From contig CP154954.1 in assembly GCA_039621445.1 (NCBI GenBank), positions 10,001,521 to 10,065,520 of the forward strand: DNA of 64,000 bases, written 5' to 3'. This document shows, piece by piece, positions 56,601-64,000 of the stretch. The DNA comes from Euglena gracilis (lineage: Eukaryota). The position numbers and the translations under genes are program-made. The stretch's first letter is position 1; each line of letters begins with the position of its first letter. Under the pieces are notes generated by a model, which was given only the letters and a program-made list of their open reading frames with translations, had not been told where the DNA came from and did no database searches.

Positions 56601-59600
56601 TCCCTTTTGTTGCCCAACTGTTCGAGGGCCCCAAAATAACAAAATCCCTTGTGTTACCCACCCGTTTTGGGGGGCATATCCCTTTTGTTGCCCAACTGTT
56701 CGAGGGCCCCAAAATAACAAAATCCCTTGTGTTACCCACCCGTTTTGGGGGGCAAATCCCTTTTGTTGCCCAACTGTTCGAGGGCCCCAAAATAACAAAA
56801 TCCCTTGTGTTACCCACCCGTTTTGGGGGGCAAATTCCTTTTGTTGCCCAACTGTTCGAGGCCCCCAAAATAACAAAATCCCTTGTGTTACCCACCCGTT
56901 TTGGGGGGCAAATCCCTTTTGTTGCCCAACTGTTCGAGGGCCCCAAAATAACAAAATCCCTTGTGTTACCCACCCGTTTTGCGGGGCAAATCCCTTTTGT
57001 TGCCCAACTGTTCGAGGGCCCCAAAATAACAAAATCCCTTGTGTTACCCACCCGTTTTGGGGGGTAAATCCCTTTTGTTGCCCAACTGTTCGAGGGCCCC
57101 AAAATAACAAAATCCCTTGCGTTACCCACCCGTTTTGGGGGGCAAATCCCTTGTGTAACCCAACTGATTTGGGGGGCAAATCCCTTTTGTTGCCCAACTG
57201 TTGAGGGCCCCTAAATAACAAAATCCCTTGTGTTACCCACCCGTTTTGCGGGGCAAATCCCATGTGTAACCCAACTGTTTTGGGGGGCAAATCCCTTTTG
57301 TTGCCCAACTGTTCGAGGGCCCCAAAATAACAAAATCCCTTGTGTTACCCATCCGTTTTGGGGGGCAAATCCCTTTTGTTGCCCAACTGTTCGAGGGCTC
57401 CTCCCTTGTGTTACCCACCCGTTTTGGGGGGCAAATCCCTTTTGTTGCCCAACTGTTCGAGGGCCCCAAAATAACAAAATCCCTTGTGTTACCCACCCGT
57501 TTTGGGGGGCAAATCCCTTTTGTTGCCCTACTTTTCCAGGGCCCCAAAATAACACAATCCCTTGTGTTACCCACCCGTTTTGGGGGGCAAATCCCTTGTT
57601 TAACCCAACTGATCTGGGGGGCAAATCCCTTTTGTTGCCCAACTGTTCGAGGGCCCCTAAATAACAAAATCCCTTGTGTTACCCACCCGTTTTGGGGGGC
57701 AAATCCCTTGATTCACCCAACTGATTTGGGGGGTAAATCCCTTTTGTTGCCCAACTGTTCGAGGGCCCCTAAATAACAAAATCCCTTGTGTTACCCACCC
57801 GTTTTGGGGGGCAAATCCCTTTTGTTGCCCAACTGTTCGAGGGCCCCAAAATAACAAAATCCCTTGTGTTACCCACCCGTTTTGGGGGGCAAATTCCTTT
57901 TGTTGCCCAACTGTTCGAGGGCCCCAAAATAACAAAATCCCTTGTGTTACCCACCCGTTTTGGGGGGCAAATCCCTTTTGTTGCCCAACTGTTCGAGGGC
58001 CCCAAAATAACAAAATCCCTTGTGTTACCCACCCGTTTTGGGGGGCAAATCCCTTTTGTTGCCCAACTGTTCGAGGGCCCCTAAATAACAAAATCCCTTG
58101 TGTTACCCACCCGTTTTGGGGGGCAAATCCCTTGATTCACCCAACTGATTTGGGGGGTAAATCCCTTTTGTTGCCCAACTGTTCGAGGGCCCCAAAATAA
58201 CAAAATCCCTTGTGTTACCCACCCGTTTTGGGGGGCAAATTCCTTTTGTTGCCCAACTGTTCGAGGGCCCCAAAATAACAAAATCCCTTGTGTTACCCAC
58301 CCGTTTTGGGGGGCAAATCCCTTTTGTTGCCCAACTGTTCGAGGGCCCCAAAATAACAAAATCCCTTGTGTTACCCACCCGTTTTGGGGGGCAAATCCCT
58401 TTTGTTGCCCAACTGTTCGAGGGCCCCAAAATAACAAAATCCCTTGCGTTACCCACCCGTTTTGGGGGGCAAATCCCTTGTGTAACCCAACTGATTTGGC
58501 GGGCAAATCCCTTTTGTTGCCCAACTGTTGAGGGCCCCTAAATAACAAAATCCCTTGTGTTACCCACCCGTTTTGCGGGGCAAATCCCATGTGTAACCCA
58601 ACTGTTTTGGGGGGCAAATCCCTTTTGTTGCCCAACTGTTCGAGGGCCCCAAAATAACAAAATCCCTTGTGTTACCCATCCGTTTTGGGGGGCAAATCCC
58701 TTTTGTTGCCCAACTGTTCGAGGGCTCCTCCCTTGTGTTACCCACCCGTTTTGGGGGGCAAATCCCTTTTGTTGCCCAACTGTTCGAGGGCCCCAAAATA
58801 ACAAAATCCCTTGTGTTACCCACCCGTTTTGGGGGGCAAATCCCTTTTGTTGCCCTACTTTTCCAGGGCCCCAAAATAACACAATCCCTTGTGTTACCCA
58901 CCCGTTTTGGGGGGCAAATCCCTTGTTTAACCCAACTGATCTGGGGGGCAAATCCCTTTTGTTGCCCAACTGTTCGAGGGCCCCTAAATAACAAAATCCC
59001 TTGTGTTACCCACCCGTTTTGGGGGGCAAATCCCTTGATTCACCCAACTGATTTGGGGGGTAAATCCCTTTTGTTGCCCAACTGTTCGAGGTCCCCTAAA
59101 TAACAAAATCCCTTGTGTTACCCACCCGTTTTGGGGGGCAAATCCCTTGTGCAACCCAACTGATTTGGGGGGCAAATCCCTTTTGTTGCCCAACTGTTCG
59201 AGGGCCCCAAAATAACAAAATCCCTTGTGTTACCCACCCGTTTTGGGGGGCAAATCCCTTTTGTTGCCCAACTGTTCGAGGGCCCCAAAATAACAAAATC
59301 CCTTGTGTTACCCACCCGTTTTGGGGGGCAAATCCCTTTTGTTGCCCAACTGTTCGAGGGCCCCAAAATAACAAAATCCCTTGTGTTACCCACCCGTTTT
59401 GGGGGGCAAATCCCTTTTGTTGCCCAACTGTTCGAGGGCCCCAAAATAACAAAATCCCTTGTGTTACCCACCCGTTTTGGGGGGCAAATTCCTTTTGTTG
59501 CCCAACTGTTCGAGGGCCCCAAAATAACAAAATCCCTTGTGTTACCCACCCGTTTTGGGGGGCAAATCCCTTTTGTTGCCCAACTGTTCGAGGGCCCCAA

Positions 59601-61006
59601 AATAACAAAATCCCTTGTGTTACCCACCCGTTTTGGGGGGCAAATTCCTTTTGTTGCCCAACTGTTCGAGGGCCCCAAAATAACAAAATCCCTTGTGTTA
59701 CCCACCCGTTTTGGGGGGCAAATTCCTTTTGTTGCCCAACTGTTCGAGGGCCCCAAAATAACAAAATCCCTTGTGTTACCCACCCGTTTTGCGGGGCAAA
59801 TCCCTTTTGTTGCCCAACTGTTCGAGGGCCCCAAAATAACAAAATCCCTTGTGTTACCCACCCGTTTTGGGGGGCAAATCCCTTTTGTTGCCCAACTGTT
59901 CGAGGGCCCCAAAATAACAAAATCCCTTGCGTTACCCACCCGTTTTGGGGGGCAAATCCCTTGTGTAACCCAACTGATTTGGGGGGCAAATCCCTTTTTT
60001 TGCCCAACTGTTGAGGGCCCCTAAGTAACAAAATCCCTTGTGTTCCCCACCCGTTTTGCGGGGCAAATCCCATGTGTAACCCAACTGATTTCGGGCGCAA
60101 CTCCCTTTTGTTCCCCAACTGTTCGAGGGCCCCAAAATAACAAAATCCCTTGTGTTACCCACCCGTTTTGGGGGGCAAATTCCTTTTGTTGCCCAACTGT
60201 TCGAGGGCCCCAAAATAACAAAATCCCTTGTGTTACCCACCCGTTTTGGGGGGCAAATCCCTTTTGTTGCCCAACTGTTCGAGGGCTCCTCCCTTGTGTT
60301 ACCCACCCGTTTTGGGGGGCAAATCCCTTTTGTTGCCCAACTGTTCGAGGGCCCCAAAATAACAAAATCCCTTGCGTTACCCACCCGTTTTGGGGGGCAA
60401 ATCCCTTGTGTAACCCAACTGATTTGGGGGGCAAATCCCTTTTGTTGCCCAACTGTTGAGGGCCCCTAAATAACAAAATCCCTTGTGTTACCCACCCGTT
60501 TTGCGGGGCAAATCCCATGTGTAACCCAACTGTTTTGGGGGGCAAATCCCTTTTGTTGCCCAACTGTTCGAGGGCCCCAAAATAACAAAATCCCTTGTGT
60601 TACCCATCCGTTTTGGGGGGCAAATCCCTTTTGTTGCCCAACTGTTCGAGGGCTCCTCCCTTGTGTTACCCACCCGTTTTGGGGGGCAAATCCCTTTTGT
60701 TTCCCAACTGTTCGAGGGCCCCAAAATAACAAAATCCCTTGCGTTACCCACCCGTTTTGGGGGGCAAATCCCTTGTGTAACCCTACTGATTTGGGGAGCA
60801 AATCCCTTTTGTTGCACAACTGTTGAGGGCCCCTAAATAACAAAATCCCTTGTGTTACCCACCCGTTTTGCGGGGCAAATCCCATGTGTAACCCAACTGT
60901 TTTGGGGGGCAAATCCCTTTTGTTGCCCAACTGTTCGAGGGCCCCAAAATAACAAAATCCCTTGTGTTACTCACCCGTTTTGGGGGGCAAATCCCTTTTG
61001 TTGCCC
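53665..61006. repeat. 78-bp satellite (about 7.3 kb) with 112-bp and 66-bp variants and higher-order structure
   Basis: Unit GAGGGCCCCAAAATAACAAAATCCCTTGTGTTACCCACCCGTTTTGGGGGGCAAATCCCTTTTGTTGCCCAACTGTTC; identical variant blocks 2196 bp apart (53833-54198 vs 56029-56394). Confidence 0.98.
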
Positions 61007-61344
61007 AGCCTAGGGTTGCAGGGGGGGGAGGTCGTGGGGTGGGCCGACCCTAAGTCGACCCTAGGGTTGCAGGGGGGGGGGGGAGGTTGTGGGGTGGGCC
61101 GACCTAAGTCGACCCTAGGGTTGTAGGGGGGGGGGAGGTCGTGGGGTGGGCCGACCCTAAGTCGACCCTAGGGTCGGCCCACGACCCTAAGTCGACCCTA
61201 AGCCGGCGACCCCAGGGTCGGCCCACTAGGGGGGTCTCCCGGACGGCTCCTTGGGTGACCTTTGGCGACCTTCGGCGACCGTGGGCCGACCCTAGGGTCG
61301 GCCCACAACCCCCCCTCCCAGGCCAGATCTACCCCCCCCAAAGG

Positions 61345-62169
61345 GGTGGCGCCTGTGGGTGACCTCCTAACGGACCCAAGCAAAGTGAGTTCCTTGTCTC
61401 CCACGATGGTGAAACAAAAGTGGTGGACAGATGAGGTCGTCAAGGTCCGGGCAGACCTGCTTTTGGCTGGCCTTGTTGGAAATGACGCGGTCCGTTTCGC
61501 ATGCCAGCGGAGGCCGCACGCCATGGCGTGGGCAGCGGTCAACCCCTCTGCCCCCCCTAAAAACCCTCATCCCACCGGCAGAATTCAGAGCCCTGACTCA
61601 GTGGTCCTTGGGGTGCCAAGTTTGCCCCACAACGACAGATGGCCCCTTGCCGGAATGCCCCCGCTGCCACCAACAAATGGATGTTGGAGAAAATCACCTT
61701 GTCTGCTGCCCCAAAAACAACACTTTGCGGCGACATGGTGCCCTCCAGACGTTCGTTTTGGACCTTGCGAGAAGGGCCGGATTCGTGGGTGGCAGACAAC
61801 CGGACGAGACTTGGAGATGTCTTCATCACGAGATTCGACGCGGACGGACCTGCTGCAGTGGATGTCACGGTCCGCCACCCGTTGCAACCAGCAAACCCGG
61901 TCTCCTCAATGGATGCCTTGGCACGGTGGCACGAATTACAAGAGGGAGACAAAGAACGCAAGTATGCAGCCACCTGCGAACGGCTGGGATGGACGTTCAT
62001 CCCGTTTGTGGTGGATTGCTTCGGAGGGATGGGGGAGCGAGCGGCAGGATTCATATCCAAGTGCCTCCGTACTGTGTTGGCGCAGACCGATGTTCCCCAA
62101 CGACGATCGTCAGAGGCCACGGTGTGGCAAGCGCTGAGTCTAACGTTGGCAAGAGAATTGGCTCGCTAG
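61345..62169 (+). mobile_element. 3' end of an RLE non-LTR element (CCHC knuckle + restriction-like endonuclease), probably the rest of element B
   Basis: KQKWW, AMAW, EFRALTQWSLG, CPRCHQQMDVGENHLVCC, RRHGALQ, RLGDVFI..AVDVTV, EGDKERKY, FIPFVVDCFGG; frameshifted. Confidence 0.9.
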
Positions 62170-63039
62170 GCGCACACAGGAACACGGCGACCGCGAGAGC
62201 AGCATGCCAGAAGACTCCCGACAGGGAACACACCGGCATAGGGCAAGCCCGACACCGCTGCACCGGCATACACCACAACGCCTCACCGGGCCACCACCCA
62301 CCACGCCCCACGCCACACGCACACCGCGAGGTGACACACCAGGACGGCGCACCATGCCTCCCACCCCAACGAACCCCTCCCTCCAACCACCCACCGCCCC
62401 CCCCCCCCACGCAGCTGTAAATACTTAACCCTTGTGTACATAGCCCCTCACCGCAGGTACAAAAAATACAGTAGGTTGCGCCACTGGTCGGTGGAATCGG
62501 TTCGCCCCACCACCGTTTTCTCTTTTTTCTTTTTTCCCACACCGGATGGTGGCTGCCGTATTATGACTGTTTCTCCATTCAGAGAAATCCTACGAGGAAC
62601 GTGAGGTCAATTTTGTAACACGGTGAGACAGTGGTTTAGAGTATGAACTTGATCCTCTTCCTATGCATTCCCCCCCACATTTCAGAAGAAGTTGCAACAA
62701 GTCAACGGTTATAAGGTCTGAACAGTCCACAACACAACACAAAAGAGGCCGCCCACAACGGAGGCCAGTTACATGGGGAGGGGCTTCAGGGTTGTTCGTG
62801 TTAAAAACACGTTGTTTTAAAACACTCCTTTAAATGGGTTTGAATCAACCGAGCCCCGGGAACGCATAAAACCGCCGGTGTGCGTAGTGAACATGCGTGA
62901 CAAACGGGGGCAAAGTGGTTCGCAGAAATGAAAGCAAGGGTTTCTTAACCATAATAACTCCCAAAACCGGCCACCAGCTGTGGCCCCAAACTTTCCACCA
63001 CCGGCCCGAAAGTGGTCATCATTTGTGGCAAAAAAAATT

Positions 63040-63632
63040 CCCGCTAGCTGTGGCCCAAAAGCTGGCCGCCAGCTGTGGCCCAAAAGCGGCCACGACCCGT
63101 GGCACAAAAGTGGCCACCACCTGTGGCCCAAAGGTGGCCACCACCCGTGGCCCAAAACTGGCCACCACCTGTGGCCCAAAACTGGCCACCACCTACGGCC
63201 CAAAACTGGCCACCACCTACGGCCCAAAACTGGCCACCATCTGTGGGGCAACACTGGCCACCATCTGTGGCACAAAACTGGCCAGCACCTATGGCCCAAA
63301 ACTGGCCACCATCTGTGGCCCAAAACGGGCCACCATCTGTGGCCCAAAACTAGCCACCATCTGTGGCCCAAAACTGGCCACAATCTGTGGAACAAAACTG
63401 GCCACCATCTGTGGCACAAAACTGGCCACAATCTGTGGCCCAAAACTGGCCACCATCTGTGGCCCAAAACTGGCCACAATCTGTGGAACAAAACTGGCCA
63501 CCATCTGTGGCACAAAACTGGCCACAATCTGTGGCACAAAACTGGCCACCATCTGTTGCACAAAACTGGCCACCAATAATGGGAACCTCGTGTGGCCTAA
63601 AACTAGCCACCATTTGTGGGGCAAAACTGGCC
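63040..63632. repeat. 24-bp minisatellite TGTGGCCCAAAACTGGCCACCATC
   Basis: About 24 tandem units. Confidence 0.97.
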
Positions 63633-64000
63633 ATCATCTTCAAAATCCCTTTCACATTTGGCACACTGGCACAATCTGAACAGGAGTTTTGCATAACTGA
63701 CCCAAGTTCCTCGGTTTCCTTTGTTCCGGGGCTATTTTGTATGCAGAAACAAAAGGAAAAGGCAACAAACCGACTTACAATCAATTCTGAAGCGACCAGC
63801 AGCGGCTAAGAAGCCCTAGCACTACGGCTAGAAGCCCTATCCGCCAGCGAATACTCCTGCAAACAGCACTTCACTTCGCCTTGTCCTTGGACTTGGCTTA
63901 TAAGTTGTACTTGAACTTGAAACTTGACAAATTGTACTTTATAAACCCAGCTTGTAACTAGAACCCCACCAGGGGTTCTCACTTCTCAACCATGTGACAT

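Noticed and set aside
53665-61006. CRISPR-like array or repeat-protein ORFs
   Set aside because: Units are head-to-tail with no unique spacers and no cas genes; ORFs arise in several frames because 78 is a multiple of 3
62817-63809. Repeat proteins (CGPKLATI)n / (WPKTGHHL)n
   Set aside because: 24-bp minisatellite open in all frames

Overview
Repeat-dense eukaryotic window, most likely from a euglenid: it has two perfect copies of the euglenid spliced-leader exon ACTTTCTGAGTGTCTATTTTTTTTCG on the minus strand at 31920-31945 and 32109-32134. No ordinary host gene is evident. The main feature is a nested pair of methyltransferase-carrying retrotransposons. (A) A minus-strand RLE-type (CRE-like) non-LTR element starts with a spliced leader and is built as a 2A-peptide polyprotein: coiled-coil ORF / 2A / Zn-finger-like module / 2A / Dam-like N6-adenine methyltransferase / T2A-like 2A / RT-RLE. 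(B) A 20.8-kb Ty3/Gypsy element (542-bp LTRs, 4-bp GTAC target duplication) is inserted exactly in the WYLDD motif of A. Its Pol begins with a C5-cytosine methyltransferase, follows an in-frame UAG with a readthrough-like stem, and ends in a chromodomain. Also present: a second, divergently oriented 2A-bearing RLE element broken up by insertions, two degenerate tyrosine-recombinase + PHD-finger (Crypton-like) loci, many hAT-like MITEs with 8-bp target duplications, a tRNA-like sequence inside a TIR insertion, and three satellites. Many frameshifts lie in homopolymer runs and may be sequencing errors. All domain calls come from reading motifs by eye, not from database searches.
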